A DNA stretch of 64,000 nt from Malacoraja senta (lineage: Eukaryota): assembly GCA_038087875.1 (NCBI GenBank), contig CM075982.1, positions 18,228,001-18,292,000 on the forward strand. The letters are read 5' to 3'. Numbering within the stretch: position 1 is the first letter of the stretch; each line of letters begins with the position of its first letter. Positions 24,545-38,989 of this stretch are shown here, in pieces. The notes below the pieces were generated by a model. The model worked only from the letters and a program-made list of their open reading frames with translations. It did not search any database and was not told the origin of the DNA. The translations under genes were made by a program, and so were the position numbers.

Positions 24545-27500
24545 ATATTGGCGGTGGCGATGAAGCCTCGGCAGTGGCGGTGGGGCCTCGTGGCCGACGG
24601 AGCCTCGCAGCGGCGGCAGTGAAGCCTCACGGGTCAACTGCCTGGTCAGCAGATCACTGTGAGGGGGGTGAGGGGGAAGAACTATGGAGGACTCGGCGTT
24701 GAGGGGACTGCCTTGAGGGAGGGACTCAAATAGAGAAAGCTAGTGGAAAATGTGGGAGGCAGGAGGCAGAGAAGGGAAGCACTCGGACCCAAAATGTAGG
24801 GGAGAAAGAAGAAAAAGATAATAAACAGAGAATAAGTGGTGGTGGGTTTCTTAAATGTGTATATTTTAATGCTAGGAGCATTGTAAGAAAGGTGGATGAG
24901 CTTAGAGCCTGGATTGACACCTGGAAGTATGATGTTGTGGCGATCAGTGAAACATGGTTGCAGGAGGGCTGTGATTGGCAAATAAATATTCCAGGATTTC
25001 GTTGCTTCAGGGGTGATAGAATTGGAGGGGCAAGAGGTGGGGGTGTTGCATTGCTTGTCAAGGAAGATATTACAGCAGTGCTTTGGCAGGATAGATTAGA
25101 GGGCTCGTCTAGGGAGGCTATTTGGGTGGAACTGAGAAATGGGAAAGGTGTAGCAACACTTATAGGGGTGTATTATAGACCGCCAAATGGGGAGCGAGAA
25201 TTGGAAGAGCAAATATGTAAGGAGATAGCAGATATTAGTAGTAAGCACAAGGTAGTGATTGTGGGAGATTTCAATTTTCCACACATAGACTGGGAAACAC
25301 ATTCTGTAAAAGGGCTGGATGGTTTGGAGTTTGTAAAATGTGTGCAAGATAGTTTTTTGCAGCAATACATAGAGGTACCTACTAGAGATGGGGCAGTGCT
25401 GGACCTCCTGTTAGGAAATGAGACAGGGCAAGTGGCGGAGGTATGCGTCGGGGAGCACTTCGGGTCCAGTGATCACAATACCATTAGTTTCAATATAATT
25501 ATGGAGAGGGTCAGAACTGGACCTAGGGTTGAGATTTTTGTTTGGAGAAAGGCTAACTTTGAGGAGATGTGAAAGGATTTAAAAGGAGTGAATTGGGACA
25601 TGTTGTTTTATGGGAAGGATGTAGAAGAAAAATGGAGGACATTTAAGGGTGAAATTTTAAGAGTACAGAATCTTTATGTCCCTGTTCGGTTGAAAGGAAA
25701 TAGTAAAAAATGGAAAGAGCCATGGTTTTCAAGGGAAATTGGACACGGTTCGGAAAAAGAGAGAGATCTACAATAATTATAGGCAGCATGGAGTAAATGA
25801 GGTGCTTGAGGAGTATAAAGAATGTAAAAAGAATATTAAGAAAGAAATTAGAAAAGCTAAAAGAAGATATGAGGTTGCTTTGGCAAGTAAGGTGAAAGTA
25901 AATCCAAAGGGTTTCTACAGCTATATTAATAGCAAAAGGATAACAAGGAATAAAATCGGTCCATTAGAGAGTCAGAGTGGACAGCTATCTGCAGAGCCAA
26001 AAGAGATGGGGGAGATATTGAACAATTTCTTTTCTTCGGTATTCACGAAGGAGAAGGATATGGAATTATGTGAGGTAAGGGAAACGAGCAGAGTAGCAAT
26101 GGAAACTGTGAGATTCAAAGAAGAGGAGGTGCGGACACTTTTGAAAAATATGAAAACGGATAAGTCTCCAGGTCCTGACAGGATATTCCCTAGGACATTG
26201 AGGGAAGTTAGTGTAGAAATAGCAGGGGCTATGACAGAAATATTTCAAATGTCATTAGAAACGGGAATAGTGCCGGAGGATTGGCGTACTGCGCATGTTG
26301 TTCCGTTGTTTAAAAAGGGTTCGAAGAGTAAACCTAGCAATTATAGACCTGTTAGTTTGACGTCAGTGGTGGGCAAATTAATGGAAAGGATACTTAAAGA
26401 TAATATATATAAGCATCTGGATAAGCAGGGTCTGATTAGGAACAGTCAACATGGATTTGTGCCTGGAAGGTCATGCTTGACTAATCTTCTTGAATTTTTC
26501 GAAGAGGTTACTAGGGAAATTGATGAGGGTAAAGCAGTGGATGTTGTCTATATGGACTTCAGTAAGGCCTTTGACAAGGTTCCTCATGGAAGGTTGGTTA
26601 AGAAGATTCAATTGTTGGGTATTAATGGTGGAGTAGCAAGATGGATTCAACAGTGGCTGAATGGGAGATGCCAGAGAGTAATGGTGGATGGCTGTTTGTC
26701 AGGTTGGAGGCCGGTGACTAGTGGGGTGCCTCAGGGGTCTGTGTTGGGTCCACTGTTGTTTGTCATGTACATCAATGATCTGGATGAAGGTGTGGAAAAT
26801 TGGATTAGTAAGTATGCAGATGATACTAAGATAGGTGGTGTTGTGGATAATGAAGTAGATTTTCAAAGTCTACAGAGAGATTTAGGCCATTTGGAAGAGT
26901 GGGCTGAAAGATGGCAGATGGAGTTTAATGCTGACAAATGTGAGGTGCTACATCTCGGCAGGACAAATCAAAATAGGACGTACACAGTAAATGGTAGCGA
27001 ATTGAGGAATGCAGTTGAACAGAGGGATCTAGGAATAACTGTGCATAGTTCCCTGAAGGTGGAATCTCATGTAGATAGGGTGGTAAAGAAAGCTTTTGGT
27101 GTGCTGGCCTTTATAAATCAGAGCATTGAATATAGAAGTTGGGATGTAATGTTAAAATTGTACAAGGCATTGGTGAGGCCAATTCTGGAGTATGGAGTAC
27201 AATTTTGGTCACCTAATTATAGGAAGGATGTCAACAAAATAGAGAGAGTACAGAGGAGATTTACTAGAATGTTGCCTGGGTTTCAGCAACTAAGTTACAG
27301 AGAAAGGTTGAACAAGTTAGGTCTTTATTCTTTGGAGCGCAGAAGGTTAAGAGGGGACTTGATAGAGGTCTTTAAAATTATGAGCGGGTTAGACAGAGTG
27401 GACGTGGATAAGCTTTTCCCATTGAGAGTAGGGAAGATTCAAACAAGGGGACATGACTTGAGAATTAAGGGACAGAAGTTTAGGGGGAACATTAGGGGGA

Positions 27501-28130
27501 ACTTCTTTACTCAGAGAGTGGTAGCTGTGTGGAATGAGCTTCCAGTGGAAGTGGTGGAGGCAGGTTCGATGTTATCCTTTAAAAATAGATTGGATGGGTA
27601 TATGGACGGGAAAGGAATGGAGGGTTATGGTCTGAGTGCAGGTAGATGGGACTAGGGGGAAGTATTTTATTTTTAATTAAAAAAAAAAAAAAAAAAAAAA
27701 AATTTAAATGTTCGGCACGGACTTGAAGGGCCGAGATGGCCTGTTTCCGTGCTGTTATGGTTATATGGTTATATGGTTATATGGTTATATGAGGGGGAGA
27801 GGGAGAAGAACAAAGGGAGACCTGGCGTGGGGGGGACGACTGGCAGTGTGGGGGGGGGGAGAACAATGATCAATGGAGGACCTGGTGTAGGGGGACCACT
27901 GTGAGTGGGGGCGGGGTGAACAATGGAGGTCCCGGAGCGGGGGTGTGGAGGGGAGGAGAGGGGAGGGGAGGAGAGTGGAAGGGAAGGGAGAGAACAAAGG
28001 AGGTGCTGGTGAGGATACCTTATAACTTCGTCAGCGGCATATGTGGCGACTATTTGTATACTTTGGGTATGCAAGCAAAACATTTCATTGTGCCTTGTCA
28101 CATGTGACAATAAACTATTCCATTCCATTT
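24545..28130 (+). mobile_element. G-rich minisatellite-bearing non-autonomous element interrupted by the CR1 (24545-24721 plus 27792-28130)
   Basis: The same unit (gggggaagaacaatggaggacc-like) lies on both sides of the CR1; ends in gtcacatgtgacaataaa(ctatt/ccatt)n. Confidence 0.6.
24722..27791 (+). mobile_element. CR1/HER1-type LINE with near-complete ORF2 (APE endonuclease + RT)
   Basis: CVYFNARSI, ISETW, GDFN, SDH (24840-25572). TGA at 25570-25572 and a frameshift near 25745. RT ORF 25739-27655 (QGSVLGP, YADD). (TATGGTTA)n tail 27755-27791. Confidence 0.95.
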
Positions 28131-28875
28131 AGTGCAACTTTGGCAATTCAACTTGGACATTCAGCAGTCCTATCTTCATCATGTGAGTGATGGTTAGTAC
28201 TTCATCCATCTCCCTCACTGAACCCATCAAAGAGGTTATATTTGGCTGAAGCATATCACTCATTACTGATGAGCGGTATACTTCTGGACAAGTAACAAGG
28301 AATATGTGAATGATTGGCAGGGGTTAATCCTTGCCAAAAGATGTGGAAGTCTGCTTTGGGCATGGTTCCTGTGACTGCACCATTTGAAATGATCTCTTAC
28401 AAGGAGGAGTCTCCCTCTTTGTCCAAATTTGAAGTGACCACCAGTAAGAGGTTAGTCAATAGTTGGAATATTTTTAGCTTGGTTCTCATTACTGATTTTG
28501 AATATGGTGTACAGTGTAGCTGCATGAGGTAGAGGTCTGTCAACAAGTGACTGTGAGCCACAGGAGCCCATGCTTTGTCTGAGCAACTATCTCCAGGTAT
28601 CAGAGATGAGCTGAGATGCCATTCTTTTTCTGTTGAAGGTCTTGCTTCGTGACAAACTTGTTGGCAGTTGTGAGATGCTGTAAAAAGCAATCATCTTCAA
28701 AAGCAATCAAAAATTGATTGCAAGTTGACAAATTATTCTGCATGTTTTCTGTTGAATGAGCCTATTTTGATTCTTTATACTGAATATAATAACAAAAGCG
28801 ATCAGTAAGGAGAATGGTTTATGCAGGAAAATGTGTATGATATAGCACGGCTTAGTAAAGAGATATTAAAGATTA

Positions 28876-29298
28876 TAGAAACAAGGAACTGCAGGTGATG
28901 CCACCCTCCCCCTTCTTTCCCCAACTACCCTTTCCCACCCGCTCCCGTGTGCCCCACCTGCACTCAAACCTATTTCTCTGCTGAGCGTCCCCTTCCACCT
29001 ATATTCCTTTCTCTGGCTTCATAATTTGCAAATTTTCAATCCTTTTATCTCACACCTATTGTCCTTTCATCTCTGGCCTTTATCCGACCATCTACCTATT
29101 AAAATGTCCCTGTTGCCTGTAGCCACCTACCACCAGCCAGTCTTTGACGTACTCCTCCTCTCTTCTACACTTCCAGCTTCTCTCCTCCTCTGCACAATCA
29201 GTCTGAAGAAAGGTCCCGCCCAAAATGTCACTTATCCATGTTCTCCAGAGGTGCTGCCTGACCCACTGAATTACTCGAGCACTTTACGTCCTTTTTTG
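28876..29298 (+). mobile_element. Penelope-type 3' element with decayed hammerhead
   Basis: Pyrimidine-rich body, then tcagtctgaagaaaggtcccgcccaaaatgtcac...gctgcctgacccactgaattactc. Confidence 0.65.
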
Positions 29299-31684
29299 AT
29301 CTTCAAACATTTAGTTTCAGGCATTTCTGACAGCAAACCACCAGTACCTTCTGCTGTGATTCTAAGTAATTTTGTTAAAAGTTAACATTGGGAACTGCTC
29401 ATTGAAATTCAACATATTGAACAATTGACAAAACATTATTCGGTTTTAGCACATTTACATTAACAAATATTTATACATTGCTTAAAACTGGTCCAAAAAA
29501 CCCATCAAATCACAAAACTCCTTTTTAATCAGACACTTTATAAATTCAAATAAATTGAAGTTCCATAATCTCAGCTCCACAGTCTGTGGTGTAAGTCAAA
29601 GTTTAAGGGCTGAGGGAAACTGAGGGAGTAGGTTCACACCGAAGATAAGGGATACTCTTTAGATTTTCAAGGTTTTCACCCTGAAAAGTTTCTCTTTCCA
29701 CATTTCTGTTTTATTCTGTTTTATTTCGGAATTACAATATCTGCAGGGTTTTTTAATTTAAAATTGATTTTAAATTTCACCCATTAACTGTTGGTCTCCA
29801 GTAGCATTCTAACACTGAGAACACATGGTAAAAAAATTGGTGAGTACTAAAATATCAGATCATGGCAAAACATCAAATCCAAATTGAAACCAGTGATGTC
29901 AGCAACCAGAACAGTATTGGTGTTGTAATATCTACAACAGAACAATATTGTAAATGAGCACTAAATTGAAGTTTGAAGCTTTTGTAAGAAATATCCAATT
30001 CTATTATGTACTGTAGAAACTCACTATTGCAATTTACCCTTTCAAACATTTAATAATCCTGCATTTGATTTATCTTAATCTTCTCTGTTCAAGTTAAAAA
30101 ATAAACCACATAGGGGACTTCTTGTCATGACTATTGCCTCTTATTCATGATCTCCTCCTGGTAAATCTTTATTGTACATCCGATGATTGTAACATACTGT
30201 CCACGAAAATTCTTCCATAACACTACCGGAAACTAAATGGTCTGTTCAAATTTCAACATCAATTCCTTGGTTTTGAATTCAATACCAAAACTCCAGGGCT
30301 AAATTTGTCCTTGTATTTATTGTTCTTACATTCCCACCTTTATCCTTCAATACAAGCCAATGTAGGAATATTACATTAAGCCAATGTAAGAATATTACAA
30401 TTTAGGAGTTGCTGTTTCTTACTTTTATTTATTCCAATATGCGCTACTGCACATTTCTCCCTAGGCCACCTACTAGATCATTCTTCAAACCTGTCACAGC
30501 ATTCCTGCTCCCTCTCACTTTTTTTGTCTCACAGTTTGACACATCTCACGTCAGCTCACTTCACCTTAGGAATAGGCATAGACCATTCAACCCCTGGAGC
30601 CTTTCTGCCATTCAGATCATACTGATTCTGTATTCAAACTCCAATTACTTGTCCCATTTCCTAATTCCTAATTTCCTAATTCCTAATTCCTTTGTACACA
30701 CAGTTAGCAAAATGTATCTCAGTTTAAAACATATGTTGAATCGGAGATTTATAATTTTTGATATATAAAATACTAAGAAATCCAAAATCTCTTTAAGTAT
30801 CATCACAGAATCATTAGCTATTTATGGAAGGAAGCTCTTTATATTCCCCTAACGTTTGTTTAAAAAGATGCTTCTCAACATTTGCCATTTCTAAAACATC
30901 CCGGTTCCAATTTTGACCTTGTGGCCCTGTGTTTTGGAGTCTCCAAGCAGAGAAAATAAAGGTTTCTCTACACATATCCAATGTTATCAAACCATATAGT
31001 TATCAAACACCACAATTAGATAACACAACTCAAGAAAATGCACCCCAAGGCTCAACAGCCTATTGAGAATGGGTGATAGAGTTTGCCAAATCTCTTTTTA
31101 ATAGAAGAGCAATGAAGAACTCTGATGTCAGAATATAGATCGACCCTCACCTGTGGTGGTAATGGATAAATAACAAGGTTTGTAATTTGATCTATTGCAA
31201 AGTTCAGTGAAAAGCACAAGGTATTGGCAGGTGTTCTACTATTTGCGTGCTGGAAACTTAATTCTATAAACTCCCTAATTATCATTTAAACAATTCTGCT
31301 GCTCATGCAAACTAAAACTAGGAAATTATTGGAAAGTGAGAGAATACTCCAGCAAGTCCACAAAAAAACCAGAATGAATTGCACACCGAAATCTAGAAAA
31401 CAAGTCTTCAAAATTCCATGGGAAGATCTGCCTGTCCATGCCACAGCCGGCAAGCTGTGGTTTCCATGTACTAGCATTCAGTGTACAACGCATTGTTTAA
31501 GCTGTTACTGCACAGTATGTACTTATTAGTAATTAAACACTGTACATCTGCAGACTGAGTCCTTCACAAAATGATGTCAGGGTTCCAGTTCTCAAAGAGC
31601 ATGCGATCATGAAAACATTCCACTGCTGATTAAGTGACTACAGGGAACATTCAACTGGGCAGGGTGATCCCAACGTTTTGCATT

Positions 31685-31812
31685 GGAAGGAATTGCAGAT
31701 ACTGGTTTAAACCGAAGATACACACAAATAGCTATAGTTATTCAATGGGTCAGACAGCATCTCTGGAGAAAAGGAATAGGTGACGTTTCGGGTTGAGACC
31801 CTTCTTCAGACT
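31685..31812 (-). mobile_element. Penelope-type terminal repeat with intact hammerhead core (31782-31809)
   Basis: Minus strand CTGAAGA-A-GGGT(ctca)ACCC-GAAACGTC. Confidence 0.75.
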
Positions 31813-32679
31813 TGTTGTTGCGGAAGATGAAGGAAAGGATTCTGCACTGGAGCCAAGTTCAGATACCGTTACAGCAGCAGGACGTGGAGGTTAGTGCTAG
31901 GAGTAAATCTCCAAGGGCCTGGATGCAGTGTTGCAAAATGTTTCTATGGCCATAGTCAAGGTTGTTGTCCTGAGGGCTTAAAGATGAGCAGACAAGTGCC
32001 GTACATCACAGGGCATTGGCCTCCTTCAGGGTGAAACCATCTGTGATTCTGTCACTTCCATGTTGACACTGAGGCTGCCTTTGCTATTGCCAGACTTTCA
32101 TCTGGTCCAGACTCCTGCTGCTCCTGCTGAGGTGGTGCAGTTGGAACTGCACCTTTCAAGTCCAGATCTGGTACTCCTTTAGGGCCATCAGCAACCTCTG
32201 CCATTGCAGATGGGCAGCCTTCTTCTGGCGGGGTTGCAGTTATTGCAAGAGGTGCAGAGCAGATTTGGTGACACGGACAAGCAACCAGTTGCAAGGCACT
32301 AAAGGTATTCACATTGATAATGTTTGTACAGCTTTTGTTTTAATTGAAGACATAGATATTTGGTTTGTTATATTCATGAAATGTGGTCAAAAAGACACAA
32401 TCGGCAACCAAGAAAAACTAGTAGGTGCAAGGGGGAGGTTTTGTTATCCTTTATTGTTGTTTAACCATAGGATGTAGACAAAGCTGACAGGTCAGATATT
32501 TAGCAACTGTTCCTCAATGCGCATGAGAAAGTAGTGATTCTTGGGGTATAGATACTTCCTTGGGTCCTGTTGTGAGTGAATGTACAGGATCGTGACTCAG
32601 TAACAATAATTATGTATTACACTTCGAAGTCAGGATGGTGTTGGGTTCAGGCATTGCTTTCTGTATAGAACATTATACA

Positions 32680-32970
32680 GCCATAGAGTCATAGAGTGAT
32701 ACATTGTGGAAACAGGCCCTTCGGCCCAACACGTCCACACCGGCCAATATGTCCCACCTACAATAGTCCCACCTGCCTGTGTTTGGTCCATATCTTTCCA
32801 AACTTGTCCTGTCCATGTACCTGTCTAATTGTTTCTTTAGCATTGGGATAGTTCCAGCCTCAACTACCTCCTCTGACAGCTTGTTCCATACACTCACCAC
32901 CCTTTGTGTGAAAAAGTTACCCCTCAGATTCCTATTAAATCTTTCCCCCTTCACCTTGAACCTATGTCCA
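32680..32970 (-). mobile_element. CR1 3' fragment
   Basis: ORF 32673-32975 GHRFKVKGERFNRNLRGNFFTQRVVSVWNKL. Confidence 0.9.
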
Positions 32971-34829
32971 ATCACTCATTGCACCAGGAGAGAGCCCATT
33001 ACATCATCACAACTGTTGGCCCACATACCCACACCAGCAGTGGGCTTTTGTGGTCTTATCGACTTTAAGAGCTGCTCTTAAACCAAAGTGAAGGAGATGC
33101 ACTCCTCTGTGCTTTCATAGTGCAGACCCAGCTGAGTACACCACTCTTAAATGTATAGACACTGAGATTGAATAAAGAGTGTTTGCACAGTTTTTGTTTT
33201 ATATACATTTTTTATTCTGAATAAAGTTTAGTTTTGAAAAAAAACAACTATTTTTGCAGGAATGGACTGGAAACTGGTGAGAGGGCTGATGTTGGCTGCA
33301 ATTGCCTGGAATGAATCAGAGGCAGGTTAAAGCCCACAGTGACCTCAATTTATAGGGCCACATCTGAGCACTGCCCACAGGTAGATTTCAATGTCAAAAG
33401 TGGATGGCGCAAAGCATTTTTCTAAAGTGTTTGGATGCTAATTCATTTAGAATTTCAATTTAAAAATCATGGTATATATTGTCACCACTTCACACTATTG
33501 GCAAATTGAATATTACATGTGTCGTGTGGGCAGAGCAGAAGAGACTGAGGGGCCATTGGTGATGTCATCTCTTACATTATGCTGATATGATTCTATGTAG
33601 ACATTAGCCTCTTGAAAGACTACTGGTCAGTTAGGAACTCTGTAGGAACTCACATGAGAACTAAACTCACATCCCTAAGTGCAGGGGCCCCGAATTGACT
33701 TATGGAAATCCGACTTTACGCAAATGATCCCATACATTAAAAAACATTTTTCAAGCTAGTAATAATAATAAATGGTATCCTGATATTCAGTAATGATTAG
33801 ATTCAGTATATATTCTTTAGTTTAATTATCATAGTGTTAGAGTAAATACTCAATGAAATTAAATTTTAAAAAAGCAAATGTTTGTGGAGTGATACGATAT
33901 GGATTACTAGAGGGAAATGATTTTGGAAAGTTCTCGGGAACCCTTACAAAACCCAGGAACTGCGAGAATTCTTGGACAATAGACTTTCCTGGCCAGTCTT
34001 TCTACCCATCATACTAGAGCCTCAGCGGGGATTTCTTCCACAGGAAACTTTCTCTTCCACCTAAGGTTTGGACTGATGTGTCTTTTCTGCTCTGAGAAAA
34101 CACACTAGCATTGGTTATCAAACTTACCCTCTCATATGCAAACCCCAGCAAACCCGCAAGTCACTGAAGATCCCCTTAAATACTGCAGATTGATGAGTTC
34201 TTGAGGATTCATGATTTGGCAGTGCAAGAATCAAATCAACATAACTGGAAAAATAACAAACAGAAGACACTGTAAACACTCGCCAGGTCAGGCAGCACTT
34301 GTGGAAAGAGATGCAGAATTGTTGGTTCGGGTTAAAGACCCTTCCTCAGGGGCAAAGAGAGAAGAAATGTGTGTTTTCAGTTGCAGAGAAGGTGGAGGAG
34401 AGACGGATGGGACAAAGGGAATATCTCTGACAGATTGCCTATGTGTGACTCCAGGGCCACTGTTTTCCAAACTACCTTGTAAGTGTCCCCAACAAGCTGC
34501 ACAGTTCAAATCATACGCGGAGCTGGTGATGACAACTTACCATGAATGACAATGTATAAACAATGAACATAAATCATTGTCATTTCTGATATTCTCAGTC
34601 AGTGCAATGAGGTCGGCTGCAGAAAGCTTCCATTCTGTATGGTTTGGAAAAGGGAAATATTTGGAATAAAATAAATATCTACACAATGTCTAAAACAGGA
34701 AATCAGTTGGTAAGTTTTCCTTCAAATATAACTGTGGTTTTAGTTTCAAGTACTTATTTGCCACACTGATAATCTTTTTTTTAAATGTTACAATTCAGTA
34801 CTGGGTTTCCAATGCCACAACGGAAGTTG

Positions 34830-35195
34830 TAAATAGTGTATAAAATCATGAGAGGAATAGATTGGAGAGATGCACAGTCTCTTGCCTGGAGTGGGTGAAT
34901 CGAGGACCAGAGGACGTAAGTTTCAAGTGAAGGGGAAAATATTTAATAGGAATCTGAAGGGTAACTTTTTCACTCAAAGCGTGGTGGGTGTATGACATCA
35001 GCTGCCAGAGGAGGTAGTTGAGGCAGGGATTATCCTAACATTTAAGAATCAGTTAGACAGGTACATAGATAGGACAGATTTGGAGGTATATAGACCAAAC
35101 GTGGGCAGGTGGGACTAGTGTAGCTGGGACATGTTGGCTGATGTGGGCAAGTTGGGCCAAAGGGCCTGTCTCCACACTGTATTACTCTATGATTC
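34830..35195 (+). mobile_element. CR1 3' fragment
   Basis: Same family as 32680-32970, opposite strand. Confidence 0.85.
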
Positions 35196-36879
35196 TAATA
35201 GCTCCAATTTATTTTAATGCTATGCCTTTAACGGAAAAATGTCACAAGTTAACTCATCACAATCAAACATGGTTGAACATTATCATAAATACGATGTTCG
35301 GAGGTATGACAAAAGGCTTAGTTATAGCCACTGTGTTTTTTTATACACCCTTGAAAACGATAATATGCTTTACACACTCTTGTATTTGTGGTATTGTACG
35401 CATTATAACAGAGAGTGCTATTTTTGAAGATTTTCTTTACTCAGTAAAGAGTGTCAGTTCAGACTCCTGCATTTACCCATATAACAAATGAGCAAATAAA
35501 AATAAAATAAAAGATGAAAGATTGGACGCTTTCCAAGTTCCATTCTGTGCAGATGACCTTGACTCCAAAAAAAAATTGACAGCCTCAAAGTTAAAATGAT
35601 TTCAAACACACGACTAGTTAAAATAAAATTCTGGAAGCAAAGGGGATTGTTGAAAGACTTTTCATTGTACAGATTCACATATCTGTAGGGATTTTTTTTT
35701 TGACTGAGTAGGCAATGATAGCACTACATGGTAGCAGATGGTGTGTTATGCTGGTGCATCAGAAAAGACTGAACACCTAACAGCATATGATGCCTTTTAT
35801 GATAAATCTCCTTAATCTGTTTCTGTTGACTAACAAGAGACTGCAGTGAGAATGCATCTCGTTCCTGTAAAAGCAACATTCATTTACATATTGAGAAATG
35901 TCACTTTTCACTGTGGAGAAAAAGGTGTCAAGTTCTGATCCAAATTAAAAGTTTAATTCAAAAGTAAGCAAGAAAAGCTGTACAAAAAAAATAGACTTTT
36001 TAGATACTTACATGTATTTATCAATAGTCTATTATTGAATCAGGTTAACACACACTGATTTGATTGTGTCACATTGCACCATGCAGTACAAACAAGGTAG
36101 AAACACATACTTAACTGCCCAAAAGACTGCAGTTACGTCCAGATTTTAAGTGTTCCACCAGCAATAGGGGATCAAAGCAAGAAGATACAGTTTGTACACT
36201 GCAGGAAAGTTTGCCAGAACAATATCTTCAAAATAAACTTCAGACCTTTTTTGAGACAGATATACAGGAGATAAACTGAAGCATGCAGCACATTACCACG
36301 TGGATCGATAAGACTGAGAAATTGAACTTGAGATAACGTCTGCCAGGAAGCACAAGAGATTTGAGCACATAACATCCAGAGCAGCAAGATGAAGCAGCTT
36401 ATTTGATACTAGTATTGCCACTTCAACCTACACACATAAATCAGAGGGTTATAACATGGCTGCACATACCAATGTGATGCAAAGGGATTGCCAAATAATA
36501 ACTAGTTAATTGCCCAGTTATTTATTCTGCTTGGTGGTGCAGTTACATATGTCCTTGGATCCTTCCACATTTGGCTCATGTTTGAGTACTCTGCGGGGTG
36601 TTTTCTGGCTGGGGTTGAAGCAGTTTCTCACTCATTCAAAATCTTCTGTTGCCTTCAGGCATGGGTGGAATGCCAAACATAGAGGTGAAGAGCCTTTGTA
36701 GAGCAGGACGCGTGTTTAGAATGCAAATTGTAGGTGATGGAAGTTGGTAGCAGGAAGCACTATATAGCAAGAGAAGTTGCAGAACAAATTCATTTATCTT
36801 GAACTCATTCAACACCAATGGATGAAACATCTGTGTTTCATGAAGAAGCAGGTTATGGCATCAGGCACAATGATAATTT

Positions 36880-37155
36880 CAGACTTTAGACCTCAGACCA
36901 GAAATACAGCTCAGAAAGAGGCCCTTGGCCCACCAAGTCTGTGCCGAACAGCGATTACAATTTTACCAAAGCCAATTACCCTACAAACCTGTACATCTTT
37001 GGAGTTTGGGAGGAAACCGGAGCACCCGGAGAAAACCCACGTGGTCATAGGGAGAATGTACAAACTTTGTGCAGACCACACCAGTAGTCAGGATCAAAAA
37101 CGGGTCTCTGGCCTTCTAAGGCAGAAACTCTACCACTGCACCACTGTGCTGCCCC
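36880..37155 (-). mobile_element. HE1/V-SINE-type SINE
   Basis: gggaggaaaccggagcacccggagaaaacccacgtggtcatagggagaatgtacaaact core with tRNA-like head. Confidence 0.85.
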
Positions 37156-37430
37156 AAGACCAAAGCCTCAACAGCACTAGATATGGCCATCCAACACCTA
37201 GGTTTTATGTGATAGCATTCTTCCCATCCATGACTGGAGACAAATGCAACATCTTTACGTTTGCAGTTCTGCTGCTGTGTAATAGTCTTCTCTGCTAAGA
37301 CAAGCACAGTAAATGCATCAGCTCTTTCCAGAGCCAAGCAGCTGAAGTTAGTATGGAGTTGTCCACTGGCACAGGATACCATGAGCTCACTCACTGACGA
37401 GCATTTTTGTGAATCGAGGAACCCCATTAC

Positions 37431-37525
37431 CTGATGAAGGGCTTCGACCCAAAACGTCACCTATTCCTTTTCTCCAGAGATGCTGCCTGACCCGCTGAGT
37501 TACTCCAGCATCTGCAGTTGCTTCT
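37431..37525 (+). mobile_element. Penelope-type terminus, hammerhead core with GAAA>AAAA change
   Basis: ctgatgaagggcttcgacccaaaacgtcacc...gatgctgcctgacccgctgagttactccagca. Confidence 0.7.
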
Positions 37526-38989
37526 TATCCATTGCCTGAATGTTTAGCTGGTGAGTGCTCACATGCAGTGAATCATCCGGCTTCTCCTGGTAGCTATTTC
37601 CATTCGGCATTGGTTCTTTATGGTGCTTATATCAGCAAGTCAAAAACCAGTTGTTGAGCAACATGGTTTTACATTCTGACGTCACCAGGTTGGAACACAT
37701 GCCCAAACATCATCAAGCACGGTTCCACCATCCACGAGCAGCACTTTAGCTTCCTGCCACATACGGGGTCGTTCTCAGTGAGAATAAAGATGTGTGGAGA
37801 TATGCCACATGCTGTCCAAAGTTGCCATTATGAAGAAACTGATTTTCTAATTAACTATGAGGCAAGAAACTGAGGGGGGGATGAGGGGAATGAGAAATAA
37901 TAGTAAATAGAGGAATAACAGGAGGAGGAACAGCTACAACACTGAACACCAGCTCAGCTTTAAACAAATTATTCCTGAGAGACAGCAGTCGCCTCAACTA
38001 CACCTCCACCAGGAACTCCGCCATTCACTTCCCTCTCGCTTGTCAACCATTTTGTTTCTTGTTTCTAATTTTATCCATTCATTCATTACATTGTGCATGC
38101 GAATTTAATCTTATCACCTTACTGCCTACTTTTATTGCATGTCTTCCATATACCGTTGATGAACCCAGTATTCTACAGATTGTTTCCCTACTAGGTAGTG
38201 CTTGGTGGTAAAAGGCACAAATTAAAGAGTTTTCAGATGGCCTTGAAGAATAATCTCAACTTTAAATGCCTAATTTAACGACAAGGGCTGCAAATGTTGG
38301 AGCTAGTGGCTGACAGAAACAGAAGGAACGCTGGTACTATGGTGGAGCTGTGATCAGGAATGCTCCCATTCCCAGAAAGAATCACAAGTGTGTGTTCCAT
38401 ATATCTTCTGCCATTCCTGAAGAGCAGTGCCTTGGCATCCATTCTATCCTGTCAGAGACTGATTCAAAACAATACACATAACATGCAGCATAGGAACATA
38501 TGTTGCGATTGAAATCTGAGGCTACAGGTCTTGAAAAAAAAAGCTGGAGAAACTTAGCAGGTCAGACAGCATATATAGAGGGAATGGACAGATTTGGGTC
38601 AGGACCCCTCGTCAGACCGATGTGGTTGAACTAGTTTATAGATATATTTATGAACCTATGATAGTTCTTCCAATGTAAGTCTACCTTCATAACTGCCTGC
38701 TATGATAACATGAGTGAAGATTATAAAACCATAAAATATAAACACCAATTTAACTTCCTGTCTTCAGTGATCTGCCAGCATTCTGTTATAATAGGGAAAG
38801 CCAGGTTAACGTCACAAATGCTAGCTATTGTTTGCCAACTTCACAAACAAATACAAAATATTTTCTGACATTTTTAGAAAGTTATTTGCCCTGTGTTTAA
38901 GCTTTCCAAGTGTTTGATTATTAAGATCACATTTGTGACAAAGGATTTTCAAGGGGCAAAATTCTGCTTGTCTAATCAGAACATTATTG

